DNA from: Hydrolagus colliei
Lineage: Eukaryota
DNA: 64,000 nt
NCBI GenBank assembly: GCA_035084275.1
Contig: CM068754.1
Span: 11,470,001 to 11,534,000 of the forward strand
Direction of reading: 5' to 3'
Positions 25,610 to 37,050 of the stretch are shown piece after piece. The notes under the pieces are model-generated. The model was not told where the DNA came from. It was given only the letters and a program-made list of their open reading frames with translations, and ran no database searches. How positions within the stretch are numbered: the first letter of the stretch is position 1; every line of letters begins with the position of its first letter. The translations under genes were made by a program, and so were the position numbers.

Positions 25610-26325
25610 AATGTCTCCCTGAGGATTCTGCAGACTCACTCCACCCAATTGCTTTCCACCGTAATCACCAAAAAACTGCACAGCCACAGTAGGCCCGGGT
25701 TCAACAACTCAGGGATGTGCCTGGCCCAACAAGGCACCTAACCCCAAACTCCTCTCAGTATCCAAAGTATCGCTGAGCTCAAACATCTTAAGTTACTCCA
25801 CATAAACACCTGCACGTACAATACAACATGCATTGCATTATGCTCCACATCCAAAGACAATGTGCAACCTTTGCCAAGTTCAGTACAACAAAGCGAAGTT
25901 ACACAACACATTAATAAGCAAACTGCGTCATCCGAGATCAGTGCCAACATTTCTCAATCTTTTGAGTCGTGCAGGGTTGGGAGTCTCTCCCGACAGTTTA
26001 GTACTTAGTACAAAACGTGTGAAATGAATTAGCCCACATTACAGTGTATTTTATGGAAAGCTAGTCACACTTCACTGCAAAGCGTATTTTTCAGGACTCT
26101 GGGGGTTTGCAATTTATTAACAACGCACACCAAACTCTGTGGAATGGGTGTAACTGAAACTCTTAGAATAATGTCTCCCTGAGGATTCTGCAGACTCACT
26201 CCACCCAATCGCTTTCTACCATAATCACCAAAAAACTGCACAGCCACAGTAGGCCCAGGTTCAACAACTCAGGGACGTGCCTGGCCCAACAAGGCACCTC
26301 ATCCCAAACTCCTCTCAGTATCCAA
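25610..26325. repeat. 156-bp direct repeats (25610-25765 and 26170-26325) flanking 404 bp
   Basis: Seven mismatches counted over 156 bp, period 560 bp. Confidence 0.93.
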
Positions 26326-26749
26326 CAAGAGAATAATAGTATTCTACATCTGCAAACAATTGATACAATCAATGATACAAAGGGGAGAATATATATATTG
26401 ATATAACTGGCAAAATTTGCTTTTTTTAAGCTAGTTGTTTTAAAGCTGTCTATGATTTTATAAAACCTAGCGGGGATGCCACAATGTCATTCACATTTGA
26501 CCAGTTACTGTAATTTGGTGAAAGTGGACTTAATAGGATACATTTCCAAATAAGATGAACTTGAATTAAAAATTGCTTGAGAAAAAAATTGTAAAGATAT
26601 GAATACCCTGCTGGTAAAAGTAGCTACTAGTACAGTGTGTGTCAGTTATGCCACGGTATGATTGGATGGAGCTCATTCTTTCAATCTCTGAGTGAGCAAA
26701 TTCTCACTTAGGACAAGCTATTGTGGTTTCGCAGGAGGCAATGCAATTT

Positions 26750-26812
26750 GGAGAACCCACAACCTTCTGTCTCAGAGGTGAGAGTGGTATCAACTGAATC
26801 AGGTAAAGGTGC
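26750..26812 (-). mobile_element. tRNA-like head fragment of a Deu-type SINE
   Basis: GAACCCACAACCTTCTGTCTCAGAGGTGAGAGTG is the reverse complement of the head at ~36665-36700. Confidence 0.55.
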
Positions 26813-27034
26813 TGTATCAAATGCAAAGCTTATTATAACATGAATGTTTATTTAGCATTGAATAGGTTTTCTGAGGTAAACAGATTTCTATGTTGGCTTA
26901 CTTTTCCCAATTTTGTCCTCTTCTTCTCTTCTGAAAATATTGAATTTTGTGGAAGGGAATGTTGGAACAGATGCTGAAGATCAGTCTTGACCTTGTTGCT
27001 TTTGATCGTTTGTGAATCTTGACAGTGAGTGTAA

Positions 27035-27191
27035 TTTGGCTATTCAATCTTGGGAGTGCATCGCACATGAGGCAAATAATTTTCGCCCACATATATGCAG
27101 TCAATTCACTTTCCAGTATATTCTGTGAAGTGCTTTGAGACATCTAGTAGACGTGAAAAGCCCTATATCAAATGCAAGGATTATTATTATT
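27035..27191 (+). mobile_element. SINE 3' half
   Basis: CAGTCAATTCACTTT...TGTGAAGTGCTTTGAGACATCTAG...ATCAAATGCAAGG(ATT)n. Confidence 0.8.
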
Positions 27192-28341
27192 CTGTCCTCA
27201 CTTAACTTTGAGACACATGTAGATCATTAAATAGTAATCGGGAGTGGGAACCTCCACGTATGTTTCCCCTATCTAGGTACGGCCAATTGCAGACTACTGA
27301 ATTTTTGCCCCAGGTGAGAACAACAAGCTCACTGCAAACTCGGAATGCAATCTGTAACCTTCTGTTACATGGCTTAATCTACCCTGCCGGGAAAGTAATT
27401 GGAATTAAGGCTGACTTTCTAATTAACTGAGAAACTATGAAATCTACATAAATTAACACATTATTGTTCAAATAAATAATGTTTGCAGTCGAAAACCAAA
27501 GCTCGAAAATCTCGTTAAAATTCAAAGTAAGATCCTGACTTCAAAGCAAAACCTTTAAGTGTTGTTGGTATCTCATTTGACTATAAAGAGGTCATTTTAA
27601 AAGGAACAATTTTCTATGTGCTTTTTTGTCAGAGAAGCAGTAGCTCATCCTCCAAGGTTAATCAGCGAGTGCAAGTATATGGAGGATACTTAATCTACGA
27701 GAACAAAAAGGAGAAAATGCAAAACACCTTCAACGTGTTAAAAAGCAGTTTAGATCTGTAGCTACATTTCAATACGATTATAAAGGAGTGAGCTTTTTAA
27801 ATTGGTTTAGTACTTTTGATTTCATATTGCAACATTTTATGAAAAGCCAACTAATCTAATTTAGATAAATACATTTGCTGCCTTGTTTTAGTCTGTTGTG
27901 AAATATTTACCTCTTCAAAGAGAGTGTGAAACAAAGGGATGAAACACTTCAAAGAAAAGGTTTCGCTTTTAAAACTCAAAATGACTCGTGAAATAAATTG
28001 TACTTGTACAAAATGATATACTGTTGCTCCTGGTTTCTCTGTTATCCTCTTTGCAGAGATGCACTGCATTACGGATGCCACAAACTATTTTGTTAGTTAA
28101 TTAAATACATGTACAATATTCTATGATGGACAACGTTAAATTCATTTATGCAGGGTAATAAGCATGTATTCGTTCTGAGGTACATGTATGTGTAACTGCT
28201 ATGAAATACTAAAAATAGATAAGACATTTACAGAACTGCAACTCTCAAGTCATCACTCTATCAATCAAATGTGATGGTGCATAAATATTACAGGGAACTC
28301 AGCTAAACAGAAGGTTCACAAGGACTACCAGAACAGTTCTG

Positions 28342-28347
28342 TTTAAT
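28342..28347 (-). promoter_or_regulatory. Candidate polyadenylation signal (ATTAAA) for the GPC3-like 3' UTR
   Basis: First AATAAA/ATTAAA hexamer I found downstream of the stop, ~725 nt into an AU-rich region and followed by GU-rich sequence. Unverified. Confidence 0.3.
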
Positions 28348-29071
28348 AGCATAGTTACCTCGTCTATTTCAGGTACATACACACAATTTTCTGGGAATTG
28401 TTTGAGCTTAACTAGAACACATTCACAAAATAAACACAACTTGACACATTACAATTTAAAAGTTATGGACCAACATTCTTTGATAAGGAGAAAGAAATGT
28501 TAATGGCATAAAAGCTTCAACATTAAATACATTAAATGGCTAAGGTATATTTACCAAGAAATCTATACAAGACAAGTTGCACAAGAAAGTCAAAGCAGTC
28601 ATTTTAAAATGGGTTTGAAAAACATGTTAGATTCCAGATAGAAGATTACTTCAGCTTGTATCAAACTGACTTCCCCTGATCATAATATTTAAATTAAGAC
28701 AAATTGATTAATTGGTTAGGAGTAAACTAAATATACAACACTTTTACAAAAAGTTAAAAAAAGTACCTTCGCAATTATATTTAAGAAATTTCTACATTTA
28801 AATATACAAAGAATAAATGGAACTGAATCTCAACATGAACATATATTAAATATATATAAAAATAATTTAAACGAGCAACGTTACCTTTTTTAAAGCCATA
28901 ACGTTGCAGGAAAAAACAGTAGAATGCAGCATATGACTTTACAGAGGGTGATTTTTTTTCTGAAATGCTTTTTATCTGTGTTATATTTTAACTCACAAAG
29001 CGTAATTTACCAAAAGGATTCAACAGAAGTAGGTTAATCAAGTGTGAAAGTTCACAAGGGCAGTAGCCATG

Positions 29072-29253
29072 TTACTGGAAAATGAAAACAATGGCTGCCA
29101 TGGAAACTGAGATGGTAGTAATAAGACATCTTGGTGTGGAACTTCCTGTGGCATTTTTAGATTCTGACATTGCTGAGACTCTGTCCTTGCTTCTTGGATT
29201 CAGAAGTTGCTTGTGTAGAGTCACATCGTCCACAAATGTGCCATCCATGCATC
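29072..29253 (-). CDS. GPC3: Glypican-3 (GPC3/GPC5 class) terminal coding exon with GPI-anchor signal
   Basis: Acceptor TTTGTTATGCAG|GA is phase 1, matching the upstream exon. Encodes (G)CMDGTFVDDVTLHKQLLNPRSKDRVSAMSESKNATGSSTPRCLITTISVSMAAIVFIFQ*, with small residues followed by a hydrophobic tail. It resembles human GPC3 ...DVDD...[20 protein letters not shown]. Confidence 0.8.
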
Positions 29254-29274
29254 CTGCATAACAAACCACATAGA

Positions 29275-29530
29275 TCATCGGCGGCCGAGCCTTTAGCCAC
29301 TCTGCCCTCAACCTCTGGAACTCCATCCCACAGTCCCTCCGCCTGGTCCCTTCCCTGACCTCCTTCAAGTCTCGCCTCAAGACTCTCCTCTTTGCTGGAC
29401 CCATTGTCAACTCCTAATCCCCCCACCTTCCCTTCCCCCCATGCCTGTCCCCAGCTCGGGTCTGAAACAGTGACTGTCCACGCCTCCTGACGTGAAAGGC
29501 GCTATATAAGTGTAATTTTGTTGTGGTTGT
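29275..29530 (+). mobile_element. L2-type LINE 3' fragment abutting the terminal-exon acceptor
   Basis: ATCGGCGGCCGAGCCTTTAGC...CTCTGGAACTCC...TCCTTCAAGTCTCGCCTCAAGAC...GTGAAAGGCGCTATATAAG. Confidence 0.88.
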
Positions 29531-31235
29531 AGATCTCAATGAAGCTGTCTGTTCTATCCGCACGTATCCTTTGAGAATGTCCCCATTTAAGACAACGCCT
29601 TTTAAGATCCCCAAACTTTCAATACAAAAATGGCTTCATGTTTGCCTGTTGATTGTTCTCCCGATGTGAAAGGCATTATACAAATGTCATTTTGTAGTAG
29701 TTTAAGCACTCTGAGATGCTACCCACATGAATAACCCTTATACAATTGCAAGTTGTTGTTGTGCGTTAATAAGGAGGCCTTTTGAAAAAAAAATTAAGTT
29801 AAGAGAAAATTAGTGGTAAATAATTTCAGAACCAACTAACTTGGATGAATTCCACGAACAACAACCACAAAGTTACACTGGTATAGCGCTTTTCATGTAA
29901 GGAGGACGTCACAAAGCGCTGGACAGTCATTGTTTCAGAACACCTTGGAAAACCAGTCTGGAATGGGCGGGGGGGGGTGGGGGGGGGGTCGGTCAGGAAA
30001 ATGTTCTCACAAATCTCCTTTATTTGCACATCCCCCAAAACGCTGAGTGTCATCTAGACGTGTAAATTAATATATCAACTGGTGTTTTCCCTAAATGTCG
30101 TGTTTAACTAATGCTCATCCAATTTGCAGAGGCAGTTATTAAAATCTCCAGTTGACAGTAATGAGTATTAAATTAACAAATCTGGTTGCATTTATCTCCA
30201 ATGTAGGGTTGAAAGGAAATCCCAAGAAGTTCTTCTGCTACGTTTATTTGTGCTGCATAACTGACTGAACGGCAGACCAGATGGTGACTACCTTAGGGCA
30301 TGGTCAAAACACCTGTATAAACATTCCCAACTCCATGTCACATCTGATACACTCTGTCAAACGTTGGAAAAGAATCTGTTGAGAACGAAATCACTAAAAT
30401 AAAACCAATAATTCACATGGAATCTCCTTTAATTGGCTGCAGGTTTAAATCGTATGTGGATTTACCAAGAAAAATGATTGCAAATTTCTTCATTGCTTGA
30501 TCTACCTAAGTAATGTAGACAATGTCAGTTATCAGCTTGAGATTCGGAAAGAAAAGGTGTTCACTGAGAAACTGATTTTATTTGCAATCGTTAAAAGAGA
30601 ATCATAACTTACGCAATCGAGAAGTGAGTTACCATAGCAAAGATTATCCTTAAGCCTAAATAATACATTTCTAAATAACCTTCCCGAAGGTTACTTCAAC
30701 TGAAACTAAGCCGTTAGTTATGGGGTCCTTTCCCTGTCTCCTCTTCTGAAGGTGATTACTCTTAATATAGCATCATTCACAGGCCCAGACACCCATTTTG
30801 TACCTTGCCACAAGAGGTCAGGATAGTGAGTGCCAATGAGCTACTTACTCATCTAAATAGAGAATATTGTCCTCCCAGATATCGGAATGATATTAGCATT
30901 AAGAAACTAAACCAGCTGTCATACTTAGCTGATTAGAAATGAGTTGCAGCAGTATGCGGGTTGTGGCAGTTATCTATAGGAGTAAGAGGCACGTTGAATA
31001 ATTAAGATTTAAATGAAAATTCCAAACTGGTATATTATGAAAGGATTAATCAGTATTGCTATTGTTTGAGATATTATTAAATTACTTTTTTTTTAAACTC
31101 ATTCCTTGCTGTAAATTTCCTTAATTCCCTCACATTGATTGCATCCTCTCCTAAAAACAGGGGTTATTACTGCACTCTCCAGTACTTCATCCAAGTGGCC
31201 ATTTATCAGGCATGATCCATGGCCGTGAATGTTAT

Positions 31236-31459
31236 TAATAATAATAATAATAATAATCCTTGCATTTGAAAAAGCGCTTTTCAAGTCATCCAGACATCTC
31301 AAAGCGCTTCACAGAATATACTATAAAGTGAATTGACTAAGGAATTAATATGAGGTGTGTGGAGTAAGGAAACGTGTCCAAGGTTTCACCCTGCCTGGAA
31401 TCGAACCCAGATCTCTCACTTGGAAAGCAAGTCCTCTAACCACTGAGCTACAGGACTCC
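31236..31459 (-). mobile_element. tRNA-derived SINE (main family) lacking the central body
   Basis: Head GGAGTCCTGTAGCTCAGTGGTTAGAGG...GGGTTCGATTCC joined almost directly to the tail, with an (ATT)n end. Confidence 0.88.
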
Positions 31460-31479
31460 ATGTTGGTAACTATTGAACT

Positions 31480-31730
31480 ATGGAGAGTCACAGCTAAGCC
31501 TACCTTCACCTAATATCCACTCACATGCCCTGTCCTGTCATTAGATTGTTATCAGGAGTAGAAACCCTGGCTGATATGCTCTCCCACCACTCTTGTGCAG
31601 TGATGCTGCCCCCAGCTGAGACCACTTAAATTTTGTAAAGGCCAAAGATCAAACCTGGAACCTCCCTCTTTATAATGGCTCAGTAAAACACTACAAGGCA
31701 CATTTACCCATTGAGCTATTGAAGGATCCC
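31480..31730 (-). mobile_element. Old tRNA-headed SINE, second family
   Basis: Minus-strand TAGCTCAATGG (box A) and AGGTTTGATC (box B-like), plus TCAGCCAGGGTTTCTACTCCTGAT shared with the 14220 and 27190 copies. Confidence 0.55.
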
Positions 31731-33740
31731 TCATCACTGCGCTAAATTGGATTTTCATATGGAATCGTTCAGATTTTAATTATAGATTGCAATGCATCAA
31801 TGAGGATTTAAACCATTAGGATTACTGGACAGCTACTGAAGCCAATGTTATTCGATTTTTAAGAATCGTGTTGAATGCTAAAACAGGATTCCAAAAATTA
31901 ACAGAAATATTTAGAAGGCTTACTTCAACTATTTATCACAATTGTAATCTTCCAGTGCAGAACTGGTAACTGTGTTGCTCGATAAACTGTAATAATTGTG
32001 TTACAGAGATCAAGACAATAGGGCCAGACAGGTTTGAACTTATGTTCAGTGTTAAAATACCAGTGGTTTAGTCTGTAATCTTGATTGATTCATGAAGAAT
32101 CTACAAATAAACAGCATTTAACAGATTGGCAGAAATGATTTTTCCCATAATTTGGATAAGATAAAAATGACTCATGTGCAGACCAATTTATGGCAATATT
32201 CCATCCATCTCCGAGCATTCATCAATCAGAATTAATGCTATTATAGAACTCAAAGCCAAAACATCCTGCTGACACAAGTAAACAGAATGCCAATTTTGGC
32301 ACAGCGCTTGCCTTCATTTAATTATGTCAATTCTAAGTAAAAGTAAACAAGGACTCTGAAGTTTCATAACCAAACTGTAATCAGTTTGTGAAACAAATGA
32401 AACAATGCAGGCAGAATATTCTTAACTGCTAGCAAAGATGTTCTTGTTCTTTCCACAAGAACATAGCCTAGGGCTTGTGGAATAATAGTCAATTGTTAAA
32501 GCTTAGTAAGCTTTGCGCCTACATGCATGGGCTTGTGAAAAAATGTCAACAGTATTTCAGCCAAAAAAGGTCAAAAGATGATTCTCCTATTTGTTGAAAC
32601 TTATCAAGGATGTCTTTGTGAAACTATGTTGTTCAAATGTTGCACTCTATGGTAAGGAAAGGAACTTTTGACTTGTGACGTACGTATTTCCACTTGCAAA
32701 AACCACAAGACGCCACAGATACACAACATGTCATACCATGTACCACGAAGGCTTCAAACGCCTAGATGCACATGAAACTAATAAACATTTGCAACAACAT
32801 TCTGTACATCATAAACATATTGGGAATAGATGAATTTGGATGAGAAAATGTTCATAGAAAATGGATAGCACATATAGAAAATGGATAAAACATAAAAAAT
32901 AATTGTCTCCAATTAAAACTGCTTCTGTATTTCCTTGAGGATCGTCTCCAAGCAACAACACATGATGTTAAACTAATGTTGTTGCACTTTTCTGGCGCTG
33001 TGTTGGTATTTAAAATGAAGGAACAAAAAGAGTAAGGCAGCATGCACTACCTTTGAAACACTCGGGTCTGTTTGACACATCTGCTGAAGAGTCTCAAGTG
33101 AAACACGTTAGGCGAGTCTTACCTCAGTTCCCACACGCACATGGGTCCAAAACACAGCATTACAAATAACCAAAGATGACAGCAATGGGGAAATCGGGAG
33201 GCGCTGGGATTTTTTTACTCATCAGTCAGCTGTCGGCAGATTTACATTATGATAACCTGAGAGGTCGCCTTGTGCCAGAAACTAAACAGGTTTAACAGTG
33301 GTCAACAGCATCTGTCACACGTGCCACTCGGAATGGCCTGCCAGTGCTTCAAGCTGAGTTCCCTGCTATTTTATTGTTGGTGTGCCCTGTCTGAGTGAAT
33401 GATTTTGTTCCATTTTCAGTGGAGCGACTGAACTGCATCTACCAGTAACTATGGGAAGAAGCCTTTTCATCAAGCTTGTCAAGGAACAGTTGAAAGAGGG
33501 TGGTCTCATGCCAGTAAGGATTGTTTTTTGCAGAATTCTCATGTTAAACTCAAGGGTAAGCGCTGTTGGTCTCCTGTATCATCAATTACATTTTAATGAT
33601 AGAAAAGGGTTGATCATTGCAGTACAAATTGCTTCAGGATGTATGGCCTGAGAATGAAGATTCCAATGATTCAGCAGTACATCTTACTTAATTTGTATTT
33701 ACTATTGTGGGTGAATTATTCTAATAACATTGCGAATTGT

Positions 33741-34038
33741 AGAGTCCTGTAGCTTAGCGGTTAGAGAAGAGAAATCGCCTTGCAAGCGGGAGGCCCGGGT
33801 TCGATTCCAGGCAGAACAAAACCGTGGGCAAGTTTCCTTACTCCCCACACCTGATAATAATCCCTAAAAAATAAGAATAAATTGGTCATTTACATTTATG
33901 ATTGTTTGTCATGAATGTCACTGCTGCCGCATTTTGTGCACATATATACAATCAATTCACTTTACGGTATATTTGTGAAACGCTCTGAGACATCTAGAAG
34001 ATGTGAAAAGCGCTATATCAAATGCAAGGATTATTATT
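33741..34038 (+). mobile_element. Full-length tRNA-derived SINE (main family)
   Basis: GAGTCCTGTAGCTTAGCGG...GGGTTCGATTCC...GTGAAAAGCGCTATATCAAATGCAAGGATTATT. Confidence 0.9.
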
Positions 34039-34509
34039 GCTATCTTCTTAGTCAAAAAAGTATCTCTTTAAATAAAACTAATCAAATCAGAGTTCTGAAT
34101 TCAAAGTTCTCATAATTGTACTTCACAGTTCATAACAAGAGGCAATTTCTCATCTGAATGACAAAACAGCATTTTACTAATGAGCATAATACAGCTCCAC
34201 ATCTATCAGCCAAAGTGTTCGATGTTAATTCAATTGATGCTGGGTCTTCTAGCCTCCTAAGATTGAAACAATGAAAAAAAACATTTGCCCAGTTAATTGG
34301 CTGCCTAATCTAAACTCATCGCACTCAATGCTGTGAATGGATCATTTTTCACTTTTCGGCACTCTGAGAAACAGCATCAAACATCCTCAGGTTAGGTGGA
34401 GTACAATTGAAATGCAGCAAAAAAAAACTCTTGCCTTTCTGCCCAATGTTATGTCTTCAGTATAACCTCAGATAATTCACTCTGTATTGCACTAATAATA
34501 TTAATCTGC

Positions 34510-34700
34510 GCACTGAGTGCCTCTCACACCAGGATGATGTTTCAAAGCACTTCGCAGGACTTCAGGTGAAGTGTAGTGACTGGGTATTGTGTGGGTGTAC
34601 ATGGCCAGTAGTGCACACAGCAGTGTCCCACAAATAGCCATGAAGTGAATGACCAAATTTTTTTATTTGAGGGATTGTTGGGAAAGGAAATCGGGAGTAA
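34510..34700 (-). mobile_element. Decayed Deu-type SINE 3' part
   Basis: TTCAAAGCACTT...GAAGTGTAGTGACTG...GCACACAGCAGTGTCCCACAAATAGC...AATGACCA. Confidence 0.55.
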
Positions 34701-35506
34701 CTCTGTTCTCTTTAAAATCTATTCAAACAGGCCTTTCCATTTTTTTCCCCAACCACCCACCTATCAAGTGCTCTGATTGTTTATCAATTTAGTATTAGTT
34801 TCGTGTCAAATTACAGACTGATTTTGTAGATCAACATTCAACGAGAATTTGATTGATACGGTCCATAAACATTTTACTTGGATTCCTCCAACCACCAGAG
34901 ACAGACATTCACCTCATCAGTCTGGACTGAATTCAAGGTCATACTTCCTACAAGTAAAAAGAGCTCTTATTGCTCAATCTCCTGTATTGTCACCTGTTCT
35001 GAATATCCTGTGCTTTTCAGGCTACATTCTTCAATACAAGTAGTTATTTATAATTTACCAACGTTTTAAGCAGTGGCCATCAAATTCCAATCCCTTTTCC
35101 ACCAATGGTTTAACATTTTCCCTTTGTATAAATCGATTTATATTCATAATGTCTTTTACTAATACAAAAGTGCAATTTCTACTTTTCTATTCCTACGCAG
35201 GCAGACAATAAATCGTAGTTAATGAGGTTTCAGTTCCACCTCCTGCAGATTCTGTTAGTCTCAACTGTGTTTCATATAATATTAATTACTTTAAATTGAA
35301 GTAAATTGGCAGTTAAAGACTGAAAAACAAAAAACTTTGCACTACCCGGTAATGGGATAAATTGACCTAAAAATTATAGATTATAAATTATTATTTAACA
35401 GTTTTTTCTTTTGTTCTCATATCTAAGTAGGAATAACAGGAAGTGGAACTTGGAAAAATAATCTTGACCACTTTCTCTTTCTTCAAAACAAAGCATGAGT
35501 TATAGC

Positions 35507-36000
35507 TTATACATTGATGTGCTCTGAGACCATGATTAGCATTGGATGGGAGCAGAGAAAATGCCATTTAGATAATCCAGTGGCTCTGCTGTTCAGGTTC
35601 AGTTTACATTTCATCCTTCTCCTTACTATTATTAGTAGTATAGTACCCAAATCATCTACCTCAAAACAATTGGCTCTCATCTCTGCTGAGTCAGGAATTG
35701 TTTTAAATCTCTCTTGTATTCTCCAACTTAGTATTTTACCAGGTGGTAGCAAACTCTGTAAATCGGTGAGACTTTCAGCAAAGTTTACCTGATGAATTCT
35801 CTTGGTTAGAATGATGTTCTCTGGTTTGACTACACTAATATGTCTAAACAAATTCTTCATCAACTTTTCCAGTTGCTTCAATAATACTTTAAAAACTCGG
35901 AAAGTATCCTCCTCCATCCTTTCTCTTGTGAAAGTAGACATACATTAATTTGTCTGTACTCATAGCCCAAGATATAAAATGTGTAATCAATTTTGAAATA
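35507..36000 (-). pseudogene. Possible degenerate Ser/Thr kinase-like (CAMK group) intronless relic
   Basis: 144-aa ORF with VKPENIILT and LGTILLII, plus FYILGYEY upstream in another frame, in kinase subdomain order. HRD, DFG and APE are absent. Recognised by eye only. Confidence 0.3.
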
Positions 36001-36644
36001 CACTTTCAATGCAAATGTGCCAAAGAAGGTTATTCATTTTATTTTGTTGGTTTACCTTCTTTCTTCAGTTTGATCGAGTTGCATCAAATTACACTCTGCC
36101 CTCTGGAGAACTAGCTGGTCACATGACTAAGCTATAAATACTTCACAAATTTAATGAGCTGTTAATCATAACCAGAGCTGCCGAAGGCAAGACATCTCTA
36201 AAATTGCCATGGGTTAGATTTTCCCCAGGTGAAAAGGTACAAATTCCACTTACCTGACACAATTGTGTGCCCCCCCCACCCCACCCCCCACCACCCCAGA
36301 GATAGGAAGTTTTGTACCAGTTTCTGTATTTCATCTGTTGACTCGCTCTGTAGCAAAGGAATGGCAGTGAAGCATGCAGCAGTGGCGTCCAGGAGAATTT
36401 CTGATTCACACCTTGACTCACACACTTTGCTCTCTCTATTATTCGGCACCGAAGCTAATTTCTGGAGCCACCGCATCCAGAATATTCGTTTAACTTTGCT
36501 TTTAACTTCAAAAGGCTTAATATAATATAGCTATACAAATGTTTAAAAATTCGTAACTATGCAAACGTATAAACAGTTTAATGTTGGCTGATCCTGATAC
36601 AGTATGTTATCCAAATAAAATGTGTAATTGTCCTGACCATGCTG

Positions 36645-37050
36645 TCAGCACGATTCAGTGGAAACACTCTCCCTTCTGAGTCAGAAGGCTGTGGGTTCAA
36701 GACCCACATTGGGACTTGGAATCATATAGTCTAAGCGCACCAATGTGGTGCTGGGTGGGGGGTGGTGCTGCTGGATGAGACATTAAACTGAGGTAATGTC
36801 CACTTGAAAAGCTGGATGTTAAAGATCCCATGGCGCTATTTGAAAAGAAAAGGGAGTTTCTCCTGGTGTCTTGACCAACAAATCCCCCAAATAAAATTGG
36901 TCACTCACTCGGTGGCTGTTTGCGGGACATTGCGGAGTGCAGCTCGCTGCCATGTTTCACCCACAAAATACATAGTCAAATAATTTTACAGTAAAGTATA
37001 TCCTGTGAAGTGCTTTGAGATGTCTCAATGACATGATAACACATGATATC
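36645..37050 (+). mobile_element. Near full-length Deu-domain SINE (SacSINE1/AmnSINE1-like core)
   Basis: tRNA-like head (CTGAGTCAGAAGGCTGTGGGTTCAAG), core GGATGAGACATTAAACTGAGG...TAAAGATCCCATGGCGCTATTTGAA...CCTGGTGTCTTGACCAA as recalled for DeuSINEs, and a tail shared with the main SINE. Confidence 0.75.

Noticed and set aside
26150-26200. Hammerhead ribozyme (GAAAC...GTC...CTGAGGA) suggesting a retrozyme
   Set aside because: Only 3 nt lie between GTC and CTGAGGA, so helix I cannot form; helix III is also poor, and GAAAC is absent before the first repeat copy.
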